Origin: Eledone cirrhosa
Lineage: Eukaryota
Reading direction: 5' to 3'
Length of the DNA: 64,000 bases
Assembly: GCA_964016885.1 (NCBI GenBank)
Contig: OZ024744.1
Coordinates: forward strand, 109,120,001 to 109,184,000
A program made the position numbers and the translations under genes. The notes under the pieces were generated by a model, which ran no database searches, had not been told where the DNA came from, and saw only the letters and a program-made list of their open reading frames with translations. Below, piece by piece: positions 1 to 12,078 of the stretch (its first letter is position 1; each line of letters begins with the position of its first letter).

Positions 1-570
1 TTGTGTTGGTGGTGTAGGTGAGTGTTAGTGGTGGTGGTGGTAGTGGTGGTGGAAGTGGTGATGTAGATGACAGTGGTAGTGGTGGTGGTGGTGGTGGTGG
101 TGGTGGTGTTGGTGGTGGCAGTGGTTGTGTTGGTTGTGTTGGTGGTGTAGGTGAGTGGTAGCGGTAGTGGTCGGAGTGGTGATGTAGATGTCAGTGGTAG
201 TGGTGGTGGTGGTGGTGTAGGTGGCAGTGGTTGTGTTGGTGGTGTAGGTGAGTGGTAGTGGTAGTGGTGGTGGTGGTGGTCGGAGTGGTGAAGTAGATGA
301 CAGTGGTAGTGGTGGTGGTGGTGTAGGTGAGTGGTAGTGGTAGTGGTAGTGGTGGTGGTGATGTAGGCGACAGTGGTAGTGTTGGTGGTGGTGGTGTAGG
401 TGGCAGTGGTTGTGTTGGTGGTGTAGGTGAGTGGTAGTGATAGTGGTGGTGGTGGTGGTGGTGGTGGTCGGAGTGGTGAAGTAGATGACAGTGGTAGTGG
501 TGGTGGTGGTGGTGTAGGTGAGTGGTGTAGGTGAGTGGTGGTGGTGGTGGTGGTGTTGGTAGTGATGTTG
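1..570. repeat. GGT/AGT low-complexity repeat
   Basis: Direct inspection. Confidence 0.95.
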
Positions 571-719
571 ATGTTAATACTAATTTCTGTATGACCTCGT
601 TATTCAATTATCTTGTTCTCCCAATTGAAGTACTTACTATTTGATAAGATAAAGGTTAACAGTAGCTTAAGTAGAATATGTGTCTTCATATCTATCTATC
701 TATATCTATATATATATAC

Positions 720-797
<78 letters not shown>

Positions 798-1084
798 ACA
801 AGATACATACATACTGATAACACACACAATACATGCACATACACATCTCGACACATAACACACTCATAGATAGATATTAACATACATATACACACACATA
901 CATACATATATATATATACATACACACACACATACATACATACATACATACATATACACATAGATACACACTCAACAATTTGATTATAAAATATGGGTTT
1001 TCTATTTCTTTAATTTTTTGTTTTTTTTCCATGAACAAATCAGACGACCGGCACCAGTGGCTCTTAAGATTATTCATAGGTTAT

Positions 1085-3710
1085 AGGTCATAAGTCTATC
1101 ATAGTACAGTCATGTCATAAGGGTAGTGACAAGTCATAAGTTGTAGAGTAGTCATATATTATATGTTATAGGTCTATCATAAAGTAGCGACAGGCCATAA
1201 GATATAGAGTAGTCATATGTTATAGGTCTATCATAAAGTAGCGACAGGCCATAAGATATAGAGTAGTCATATGTTATGGCCTGTTGCTACTTTATGATAG
1301 ACCTATAACATATGACTACTCTATATCTTATGGCCTGTCGCTACTTTATGATAGACCTATAACATATGACTACTCTATATCCTATGGCCTGTCTCTACTT
1401 TATGATAGACCTATAACATATGACTACTCTATATCTTATGGCCTGTCGCTACTTTATGATAGACCTATAACATATGACTACTCTATATCTTATGGCCTGT
1501 TGCTACTTTATGATAGACCTATAAGATATAGAGTAGTCATATGTTATAGGTCTATCATAAAGTAGCGACAGGCCATAAGATATAGAGTAGTCATATGTTA
1601 TAGGTCTATCATAAAGTAGAGACAGGCCATAGGATATAGAGTAGTCATATGTTATAGGTCTATCATAAAGTAGCGACAGGCCATAAGATATAGAGTAGTC
1701 ATATGTTATAGGTCTATCATAAAGTAGCGACAGGCCATAAGATATAGAGTAGTCATATGTTATAGGTCTATCATAAAGTAGTGACAGGCCATAAGATATA
1801 GAGTAGTCATATGTTATAGGTCTATCATAAAGTAGTGACAGGCCATAAGATATAGAGTAGTCATATGTTATAGGTCTATCATAAAGTAGCGACAGGCCAT
1901 AAGATATAGAGTAGTCATATGTTATAGGTCTATCATACAGTAGCGACAGGCCATAAAATATAGAGTAGTCATATGTTATAGGTCTATCATAAAGTAGCGA
2001 CAGGCCTTAAGATATAGAGTAGTCATATGTTATAGGTCTATCATAAAGTAGCAACAGGCCATAAGATATAGAGTAGTCATATGTTATAGGTCTATCATAA
2101 AGTAGCGACAGGCCATAAGATATAGAGTAGTCATATGTTATAGGTCTATCATAAAGTAGAGACAGGCCATAGGATATAGAGTAGTCATATGTTATAGGTC
2201 TATCATAAAGTAGCGACAGGCCATAAGATATAGAGTAGTCATATGTTATAGGTCTATCATAAAGTAGCGACAGGCCATAAGATATAGAGTAGTCATATGT
2301 TATAGGTCTATCATAAAGTAGCGACAGGCCATAAGATATAGAGTAGTCATATGTTATAGGTCTATCATAAAGTAGAGACAGGCCATAGGATATAGAGTAG
2401 TCATATGTTATAGGTCTATCATAAAGTAGCGACAGGCCATAAAATATAGAGTAGTCATATGTTATAGCTCTATCATAAAGTAGCGACAGGCCTTAAGATA
2501 AAGAGTAGTCATATGTTATAGGTCTATCATAAAGTAGTGACAGGCCATAAGATATAGAGTAGTCATATGTTATAGGTCTATCATACAGTAGCGACAGGCC
2601 ATAAGATATAGAGTAGTCATATGTTATAGGTCTATCATAAAGTAGCGACAGGCCATAAGATATAGAGTAGTCATATGTTATAGGTCTATCATAAAGTAGC
2701 GACAGGCCATAAGATATAGAGTAGTCATATGTTATAGGTCTATCATAAAGTAGCGACAGGCCATAAGATATAGAGTAGTCATATGTTATAGGTCTATCAT
2801 ACAGTAGTGACATGCCATACGATATAGAGTAGTCATATGTTATAGGTCTATCATAAAGTAGCGACAGGCCATAAGATATAGAGTAGTCATATGTTATAGG
2901 TCTATCATACAGTAGTGACATGCCATACGATATAGAGTAGTCATATGTTATAGGTCTATCATAAAGTAGCGATAGGCCATAAGATATAGAGTAGTCATAT
3001 GTTATAGGTCTATCATAAAGTAGCGACAGGCCATAAGATATAGAGTAGTCATATGTTATAGGTCTATCATAAAGTAGCGACAGGCCATAAGATATAGAGT
3101 AGTCATATGTTATAGGTCTATCATACAGTAGTGACATGCCATACGATATAGAGTAGTCATATGTTATAGGTCTATCATAAAGTAGCGACAGGCCATAAGA
3201 TATAGAGTAGTCATATGTTATAGGTCTATCATACAGTAGTGACATGCCATACGATATAGAGTAGTCATATGTTATAGGTCTATCATAAAGTAGCGACAGG
3301 CCATAAGATATAGAGTAGTCATATGTTATATGTCTATCATACAGTAGTGACATGCCATATGATATAGAGTAGTCATATGTTATAGGTCTATCATACAGTA
3401 GCGACAGGCCATAAGATATAGAGTAGTCATATGTTATAGGTCTATCATACAGTAGCGACAGGCCATAAGATATAGAGTAGTCATATGTTATAGGTCCATC
3501 ATAAAGTAGAGACAGGCCATAGGATATAGAGTAGTCATATGTTATAGGTCCATCATAAAGTAGCGACAGGCCATAAGATATAGAGTAGTCATATGTTATA
3601 GGTCTATCATAAAGTAGCGACAGGCCATAAAATATAGAGTAGTCATATGTTATAGCTCTATCATACAGTAGTGACATGCCATAAGATATAGAGTAGTCAT
3701 ATGTTATATG
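1085..3710. repeat. 54-bp minisatellite with an internal inverted block (1274-1524)
   Basis: Unit gatatagagtagtcatatgttataggtctatcataaagtagcgacaggccataa; source of the YGLSLLYDRPITYDYSIS pseudo-ORFs. Confidence 0.96.
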
Positions 3711-3737
3711 ACTCTTATATGACTGCTATATATCATG

Positions 3738-4352
3738 TAGAGAAGTTCAAGTATCTCAGGGCTGTGTTCAAGCGAGATACAAGGTAAGAGGTTGAACTAA
3801 GTACAAGAATTGCAGGAGCTGGTGCAGTAATGTGCCAGATTCAGCATTCAGTAATCAGAAGAAGGGAGGGAGGTAGGTGAAGAAGTTCCACTCGCTATCT
3901 TTAATTCAGTATTCATGCCAACCCCTACCTATGGTCATGAATCTTGGGTAATAACAGAAAGAATACAATTATGAATACATCCGGCCAAAATGGGGTTCCT
4001 CCAAAGGGTCTTTGGAGTAACGTTACTCGATAAAGCGTGTAGCTCGTAGATCCACTATGTCTCCGAATTGAGAGATCACAGCTCCGATACTATGGGCATG
4101 TGGTTAGAATGTCTCAGGAAAGAATCGCTGGACAGATTTTACGGGCAGAACCAACAGTTAGAAGACGCAGGGGTAGACCCTGAGCAAGATAGTTGGATAA
4201 CATATCCATGAGCTTGGCTGGTCTTGCTTGGGGATCCAGCTGGATCAGTTGGAGACGGTTGCTTCTGACAGGACCCGCTGGAAGGAATGTTTGAGGACTC
4301 TGCCCCCTCAAGACCCTCTCAGGAATAAATTGGTGAAGAAGAAAAGATGATT
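3738..4352 (+). mobile_element. Decayed RTE-type LINE 3' fragment
   Basis: VEKFKYL.AVF, MPTPTYGHESWV, QLRYYGHVVRM, RRRGRP; same family as 54258-55060. Confidence 0.8.
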
Positions 4353-4391
4353 AAACAAAAAACCTGAAGGTATTAATAATAATAAAAGTAA

Positions 4392-4522
4392 TAATTATTT
4401 CTATTTTTGGCACAAGGCCAGCAATTACCCCAGTGTATTACTGTTTTTTTTTTATTTTATCGACCCCATAAGGATGAAAGGCAAAGTTAACCATGGCGGG
4501 ATTTGAATTCAGAACGTAAAGG
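4392..4522 (-). mobile_element. Meta-type SINE (partial)
   Basis: Reverse complement of the core and tail. Confidence 0.8.
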
Positions 4523-4792
4523 GCAATCACTCTGTGCTGCAAAGCATAGTAAAAGTAATAATAATGATGAGAACTTTAAAAGTAGTGTTATAGGATTGTA
4601 CATTAGTATGGACTGACCGGTGGGGAAGCATGCGTAAACGAGGGTATAGTCTATAAAAACACATATATACATATGTACATGTATATATGTAAGCATACGT
4701 GCATGTGTGCATATATACACATGCATAAATATTCATTGTATGCGTGCACATACATATATGTGCACACACCTATTTACAAGACATGCATACGT

Positions 4793-4833
<41 letters not shown>

Positions 4834-4893
4834 TATACATACATACACATACGCATATATATACATACATACGTACGTATATACACAACACAC

Positions 4894-4930
<37 letters not shown>

Positions 4931-4972
4931 CGCACACATACATTTATATATATATAAATATACATATATACA

Positions 4973-5054
<82 letters not shown>

Positions 5055-5233
5055 TATACATACATACATGCAAATACATATACTCACATACATACACATA
5101 TATAAATAAATAACACTTTGGTACAAAGTTAGAGTATTCTTAGCTACCACATCATGATGTATATTATTCGTGTATTGTCCGTACTATCTGTTAGGATATA
5201 ATGTGGGACTGTTATTATTATTATTATTATTAA

Positions 5234-5433
5234 GGGCGGTGGATTGGCAGTATCGGTAGAGGGTTGGACACCATGCTTTCCAGCATAGTTACGTCCCTTT
5301 ACGATCTGAGTTCAAATCCCGCCGAGGTTGACTTTGCCTTTCATCCTTACGGGGTCGATAAAATAAAGTACCAGTAATGCACTGGATAATTGCTGGCCTT
5401 GTGCCTAAAGTAGAAACAGTTATTATTATTATT
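5234..5433 (+). mobile_element. tRNA-derived SINE with Meta-type core
   Basis: A box TGGCAGTATCGG, B box GAGTTCAAATC, core gcctttcatccttacggggtcgataaaataaagtaccag, (TTA)n tail. Confidence 0.88.
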
Positions 5434-5879
5434 ACATTGCTGCATGGTAGTGAGACATGGGCAGCAACTGCAGAGGATATGCAACGACTGGAGAGAAATG
5501 AGGCAAGCATGCTCCGTTGGATGTGCAGTGTAAATGTGCGTGAACGACCCAGCATGAATGTGTTGAGAGGAGAAACTGTGTCTGAGAGGGATAGAATGTA
5601 GTGTACGGGAGAGGAGACTGAGGTGGTATGGACATGTGATGCGCATGGAGGATGACCGATGGGTGAAGAAGTGCCAGGAAATGCCAGTTGAAGGAAGACG
5701 TGGTAGAGGTAGACCACAAAAAAAAACATGGGTGGAGGTGGTGAGAACAGACCTCAGATCGTTGAAGCTCACGGTGGAGATGACGAAGGACCGTGACGAG
5801 TGGAGAGATGCTGTGCTGAATAAGACCCGTCCCACCCTTGCGAGCAGGGAAGAGCGGACGTAAAATGAAGATGATGATG
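5434..5879 (+). mobile_element. RTE LINE 3' fragment
   Basis: LLHGSETWA..RLERNEASMLRWMC, RRLRWYGHVMRMEDDRWVKKC, GRGRP..TW; gacgtaaaatgaagatgatgatg tail. Confidence 0.88.
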
Positions 5880-6870
5880 TCTGTACTGTCCGTTAGGATA
5901 TAATGTGGGGCTGTAATACAGGAAAGTGTTATACAATTGATACAAGCCGAAATTGCTTCAGATTTTTTATTTAAGATTTTTTATTTAAGATTTTTATTTA
6001 AGATTTTTATTTAAGATTTGATCGTTGCCGTATTTCCAGGGTGGAATGACAAAGTTCTGAGTGGTAGTTAAGGTGATAGAGATTTTGAGCTTTAGAATGT
6101 AAACATCCATTAGAGTTGTAATAGTATTGTTGTTGCTGTTGTTATTATTACGAGATGTCGGAGATGTCATCTTCTCCCTCTACACAATCTCTCTCTCTCT
6201 CTCTCTCTCTCTAAACTAATGACGTTCCTTTTCCCTCTCTATTTATGTACATCTCTCTCACTTGGCACTCCCCCTCTCTATAATATATAGATGAGGGGGA
6301 TGTCGTAACTTTCTGTCACCTCATAATTACACAGCGTTCTTTTTTCTCTCTATGTACATATCTCTCACATGGCACTCCCCCTCTCTCTCTCTCTCTATAA
6401 AGTAGTGTGACAGAGGGACAGACAGATATAGATTTAAATCAGATGTGTGTAATTTCAGCTCCAAAGTTTTGTCACTTGTTACCTGTTTCTGGCATGGTTT
6501 TGGAAACCATTATTAAATATGAATAAGGTCAAATACTTTGCACTTACCATAAAATTTACCCTAAATTTCCTACAGGTCAGTTTTTCTATTTGAAAATCTG
6601 TTTTTTGATGGGAGATTCTTTTGAAAATGGTGTCAGGTTTGGCGCCAACAAATGAAAGTCATGGAGAAGGAACTGTTCCTTACCTTCCCCCGTTTCTCTC
6701 TTGTATGTCTGTGTATATGGCCATGTACACCTAGTCGGTGTCAATTATATAACTTTATGTGTTAACTCTGGGCAAGAAATTTATTAACTTTTCACACCAT
6801 TCAGTGCTTTGTGACTGTTTCAAACAATTCAATTGGTATCTGTCCTATTGCAGCTACAACTTTGATTTAT

Positions 6871-6924
<54 letters not shown>

Positions 6925-6972
6925 AGACGTAAGATAAGAAAATTATAAAAATAACTTACTTACTAAAATATC

Positions 6973-7054
6973 ACTTCCAACTAATTAGTTTCTGGAATGG
7001 AGTAGATACATCTTCCGAAGAAGGTGTAGAGAAACATCCCGTCATCAGGAAAGT
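6973..7054 (-). ncRNA. Type I hammerhead ribozyme with extended, UUCG-capped stem II
   Basis: Minus strand: actttc CTGATGA c-gggatg..tacaccttc-TTCG-gaagatgta..cattcc-a GAAA ctaattag TT^ggaagt. Stem I actttc/ggaagt; palindromic stem III ctaattag. Confidence 0.8.
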
Positions 7055-7451
7055 CTATTCTCATATAAGTTTCCAGGCAAAGCGAGGACTCTGGAAGCTT
7101 ATTAAAAATAAATCAGTGAATAGGAAATAGCAAAGCGTGGACTTACTTCCTAGCCATTGAGAAAATCACTGCCTCTGTGTCTGTGGCAAATTCAAAAAGA
7201 ATCGAACACGTGACATCGAGGTCAATCGGTGGAAAGTGGGTTGTTAATAAGACAGCGGCCAGCCTACTACCATAGCAGCAGTCATGGCCAGTATTGTTCG
7301 ACAAATATTTTGGAGATAATAATAAAGAATTTATATCTAGTAACATATATATACATTGTTCTGCAACCCCATGCATTAGACAAAACCTATATATTTGCTA
7401 GCATCGATATGCATTTGTATGTATATATATGTTACTATATATATATATATA

Positions 7452-7692
7452 TCATCATCATCATCATCATCACCGTTTTACGTCCGTTCTTCACGCTAGC
7501 ATGGGTTAGACGGGTTGTCCTGTTGTGGGCAGTGTCTGGTTGGCTGACCATGCCTTGCTCATACAGGAACTGATTTGGCTTGATTTCTACAGCTGGATGC
7601 CCTTCCTAACACCAACCTCATTTACAGTGAGTGCTGGGTGCTTTTCCGTGGCGCCTACACGTCCACTTTACAGTGTGGGCTGGGTGCTTTTT
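7452..7692 (-). mobile_element. RTE 3' UTR fragment
   Basis: Near-identical to 23654-23890; (ATC)n tail on the plus strand. Confidence 0.85.
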
Positions 7693-7695
7693 TTA

Positions 7696-7740
<45 letters not shown>

Positions 7741-7781
7741 CAAAATATTAATAAATGAAAAATATTCTCATAATCAAAATA

Positions 7782-7848
7782 TATATTTTATTATACATAT
7801 TTCAAAGGAACAATGGTGTTTAAGTACATTTTCATCAGATAAAATGTA
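7782..7848 (-). ncRNA. Minimal type I hammerhead (partly decayed stem II)
   Basis: Minus strand: acattttat CTGATGA aaatgtac..gttccttt GAAA t-atgt-a TA^ataaaatat. Same family as 31687-31753. Confidence 0.65.
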
Positions 7849-8089
7849 TGAGAGATTGGATATGCGACATACCGCTATGGTTTTGATTATTCAATTCCAA
7901 TAGTGGCACTATTGGAATTGAATATACTGTAAATAAATATCGCTGACAGAAACTGCAACATAAAATATAACACAAAAAGCAGCATCATGATAACAACAAC
8001 AACAACAACAACATCACTAGTGACAAAAATATCAACACAGACCAAAACGTCTTTTTCAGCCACTGCCACAGCTTAGAAACAATTATATC

Positions 8090-8740
8090 CATTGTCTAAT
8101 GCCAATAAGGATGCCAAATTGGCCCAGGCTAAAGGGGTTTTCAAGATAGACTATAGAAAAGCTACAGTAATGGGACCACATAAACTAATAGAAGAACCCA
8201 ACAAAAACAGTTTCATGCTAGAAATAACATTCAATACTCAAATGGGCAATGCTCTAAAAGAATTATGGTTGGATGTGGATCACGTAACAAAACGAAGCTA
8301 GTTTGCCAACATAGACATCATCTTCAAAAATGAGGCCCTCATACAAAACCTACCCGGTCATCCTTCAGAGTGAGAAGTTTATCCACTTCCCTTCATACAT
8401 TTCAAAGAGGAAAGTCAGGCTTACAATAACAAATATCCCACCAGATTTCGGTGTCTTGTGATCTTGGCTTGCATTGTTTTCATGGGAACCAACACACTCC
8501 TGCGTGTGATGAGGACAAGGCAAGAGAACTTGTCTGGGATCAGCCTAGAGATCCTGCTTCAGGTTAAGGTGGTGAACCTAGAAACGATCCCATACCTTAC
8601 TGACTTGTTAAACGGGATGGAATTAAGCATTGAAGTGGATAGCAGTAAATCCAAATTAAAAAGGGGTGAGAAGAGGCTCCTGTTACTGGTGACACCATGG
8701 TCTCAACAACAGCAACTGTACGTGGGTCTACTTTAAGCAT
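8090..8740 (+). pseudogene. Possible decayed LINE ORF1/gag-like coding remnant
   Basis: Protein-like broken frames (..YPLPSY..RKVRLTITNIPPDF..ETIPY..LLNGMELSIEVD) resembling RRM-type ORF1; no diagnostic motif. Confidence 0.35.
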
Positions 8741-8987
8741 ATGAAGAAATATAGGAGAGAGCGACATTTCCCTATGGTACCTTAGATGATCAGGGTGGTT
8801 TCTACTGGGTGGTTCTTCGCTTGTTGGGATTCTGTTATTAATTTTAATTTTTTTATCTGTTTCCTCTATTTACTCATTTTATGTAAATTGCTATTTTACC
8901 TTTTTAATTGTATTCAGGTATTTTTATTCATGCTCGACCGGGACGAATGGAGAAAGTGTGCTGAATCTTTGCGAGTGTAAGCTCAGC

Positions 8988-9803
8988 TGTAGTAGTAGTA
9001 GCAGTAGTGGTGGTGGTGGTAGTAGTAGTGGTGGTAGTAGCAGCAGTAGTAGTAGTGGAGGTGGTGGTAGTAGTAGCAGTAGTAGTGGTGGTGGTGGTAG
9101 TAGCAGTAGTAGTGGTAGTAGTAGTAGCAACAGCAGGAGTAGCAGTAGTGGTGGTGGTGGTAGTGGTGGTGGTGGTGGTGGTGGTAGTAGTAGCAGCGGT
9201 AGTAGTAGTAGCAGTGGTTGTGGTGGTGGTGGTAGTAGCAGTAGTAGTGGTAGTGGTAGTAGTAGTAGCAACAGCAGGAGTAGCAGTAGTGGTGGTGGTA
9301 GTAGTAGTAGTGGTGGTGGTGGTGGTGGTAGTAGTAGCAGTAGTAGCAGCAGTAGTAGTAGTGGAGGCGGTGGTAGTAGTAGTAGCAGTAGTAGTGGTTG
9401 TGGTGGTGGTGGTGGTGGTAGTAGCAGTAGTAGTGGTGGTGGTGCTAGTAGTAGTAGTGGAGGTGGTGGTAGTAGTAGTGGTAGTGGTGGTGGTGGTGGT
9501 GGTAGTAGCAGTAGTAGTAGCAGCAGTAGTAGTAGTGGAGGCGGTGGTAGTAGTAACAGTAGTAGTGGTTGTGGTGGTGGTAGTAGCAGTAGTAATGGTG
9601 GTGGTGGTAGTAGTAGTAGTGGAGGTGATGGTGGTTAGAGTAGCAGTAGTAGTCGCAGTAGTAGTATTAGTGGTAGTGGTAGTAGTAGTGGCAGTAGTAG
9701 TAGCAGCAGCAGTAGTAGTAGTAGCAGCAGTAGTAGAAGTAGTAGTAATAGTAGTGGTAGTAATAGTAGTAGCAGCAGTAGTAATACTAACAGCAGCAGC
9801 AAC

Positions 9804-9839
<36 letters not shown>

Positions 9840-10230
9840 GGTGGTAGTGGTAGTAGCAGTATTAGTGGTAGTGGTGGTGTGGTGGGAGTGGTATTAGTAG
9901 TAGTGGTGGTGGTAGTAGTAGCAGCAGCAGCAGCAGCGGCAGTAGTAGTAGTAGCAGCAGCAGCGGCAGTAGTAGTAGTAGTAGTAGTAGCAGCAGCAGT
10001 AGTAGCAGGAGTAGCAGTAGCAGTAGTAGTAACAGCAGGAGTAGTAGTAGTAGTAGTAGTAACAGCAGCAGTAGTAGTAGTAGTAGTAGCAGCAGCAGGA
10101 GTAGTAGTAGCAGCAGTAGCAGGAGTAGTAGTAGTAGTAGTAGTAGTAATAGTGCAGCAACAGTAGTAGTAATAGTAGTAGTAGTAGTAGTAGTAACAGC
10201 AGTAATAGTGGCAGTAGTAGTAGTAGTAGG
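8988..10230. repeat. Compound (GTA/GTG/GCA)n trinucleotide repeat
   Basis: Direct inspection; yields poly-S/G/V pseudo-ORFs. Confidence 0.95.
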
Positions 10231-11286
10231 TATTTTTTTTAAACCCAGTCTTTTTCTGGCCATTGCCACTTGGTAATTGCACTGAGAAAATATTATTTAA
10301 AGTACAAGATATGAATTGATTAAAATAACATTTTCAGTTGCTAAGTAGCATTTTAAAAATATACTTTAAAAGCCATATGTAGGTGAAGGGGCGGTTGAAT
10401 AGATATCAAATTTACCTGAGTTGCCAACTACGAACAGTCCTCAGGTAATAACTAGAGAAATAGAAGAGAAAAAGAGTTATAAAAATATACATTACACACA
10501 CACACACACACACTCACGCACACACACATGTATATATATATATATACACATATATATACACATACATATATATCCACACACATATATATATATATATACA
10601 TATATATAATCAGGTTTAGCAAATAATGAAAAAGTTTCAAAATAAATTTTAAAAAATTTACTTTACTTACTATAGTCTTAACAAATATTTACACAAAATT
10701 TGGTAGAGGTCTACACCACTCCACCTTGGTATAACAGTAATTGCAAGCTAGTGTGTGTCGCTATGACTATGTTCGTTATGCATATTAATCAGTGGGTTTG
10801 TAAAAAAAATAATTATCTCTAAACACTTTTTCAAACATATACAACACCTTGTCCATGCTGGGTAACACTACTAGTGTAATTATATGAAGAAAAGAAACAC
10901 AGCTCTGAGGTGTGATGGCAATGGCCTGCCAATCTCAGCCTCCTCATTCACACAATATCGAAATATGAGGGAGGCCATCATATATACATATATATATATA
11001 TATATAAATTGTGCGTGCGCGCACACACACACTCACACACACACAGACATATACATGTGAGCATACTTTATTTAAAACTATAAATAAGAAGTTTAGTGAA
11101 GAACTCAATGTCGGTGTTTATGAGGGCCCAATCTTCAGGCCACTTCTGTTGCCATAACAGAAGAGTTTGACTGTGGCTGCCCATAGAAAATAGTGTTTGT
11201 TGAAAACCTGGTTCTGATAGCTGAATCTCTTCATTATGTGAGTGAATTAACCCTTTAATATTCAAACCAGCCAAAACCGGCCAGAA

Positions 11287-12078
11287 TTCTCAACCTCTTT
11301 CTGTTGAAACTGGCTGTAACTGGTCACTCAAACTGATGTTAAGGTATTGTTCTCAAAATAAATACTTTCAAAATCTCATAGATGCGATATTATGTGAGAT
11401 ATTATGAGAGATACAGACTTCTCAACCTCTTTCTGTTGAAACTGGCTGTAACTGGTCACTCAAACTGATGTTAAGGTATTGTTCTCAAAATAAATACTTT
11501 CAAAATCTCATAGATGCGATATTATGTGAGATATTATGAGAGATACAGACTTCTCAACCTCTTTCTGTTGAAACTGGCTGTAACTGGTCACTCAAACTGA
11601 TGTTAAGGTATTGTTCTCAAAATAAATACTTTCAAAATCTCATAGATGCGATATTATGTGAGATATTATGAGAGATACAGACTTCTCAACCTCTTTCTGT
11701 TGAAACTGGCTGTAACTGGTCACTCAAACTGATGTTAAGGTATTGTTCTCAAAATAAATACTTTCAAAATCTCATAGATGCGATATTATGTGAGATATTA
11801 TGAGAGATACAGACTTCTCAACCTCTTTCTGTTGAAACTGGCTGTAACTGGTCACTCAAATTGATGTTAAAGTATTGTTCTCAAAATAAATACTTTCAAA
11901 ATCTCATAGATGCGATATTATGTGAGATATTATGAGAGATACAGACTTCTCAACCTCTTTCTGTTGAAACTGGCTGTAACTGGTCACTCAAACTGATGTT
12001 AAGGTATTGTTCTCAAAATAAATACTTTCAAAATCTCATAGATGCGATATTATGTGAGATGTTATGTGAGATACAGAC
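11287..12078. repeat. 132-bp tandem repeat, 6 copies
   Basis: Units start at 11287, 11419, 11551, 11683, 11815 and 11947. Confidence 0.95.

Noticed and set aside
2493-3677. 394-aa ORF of YGLSLLYDRPITYDYSIS repeats
   Set aside because: Translation of a 54-bp minisatellite whose unit is a multiple of 3; no splice or other gene signals.
8958-10282. Gly/Ser-rich and poly-Val/Thr ORFs
   Set aside because: Compound trinucleotide microsatellite.
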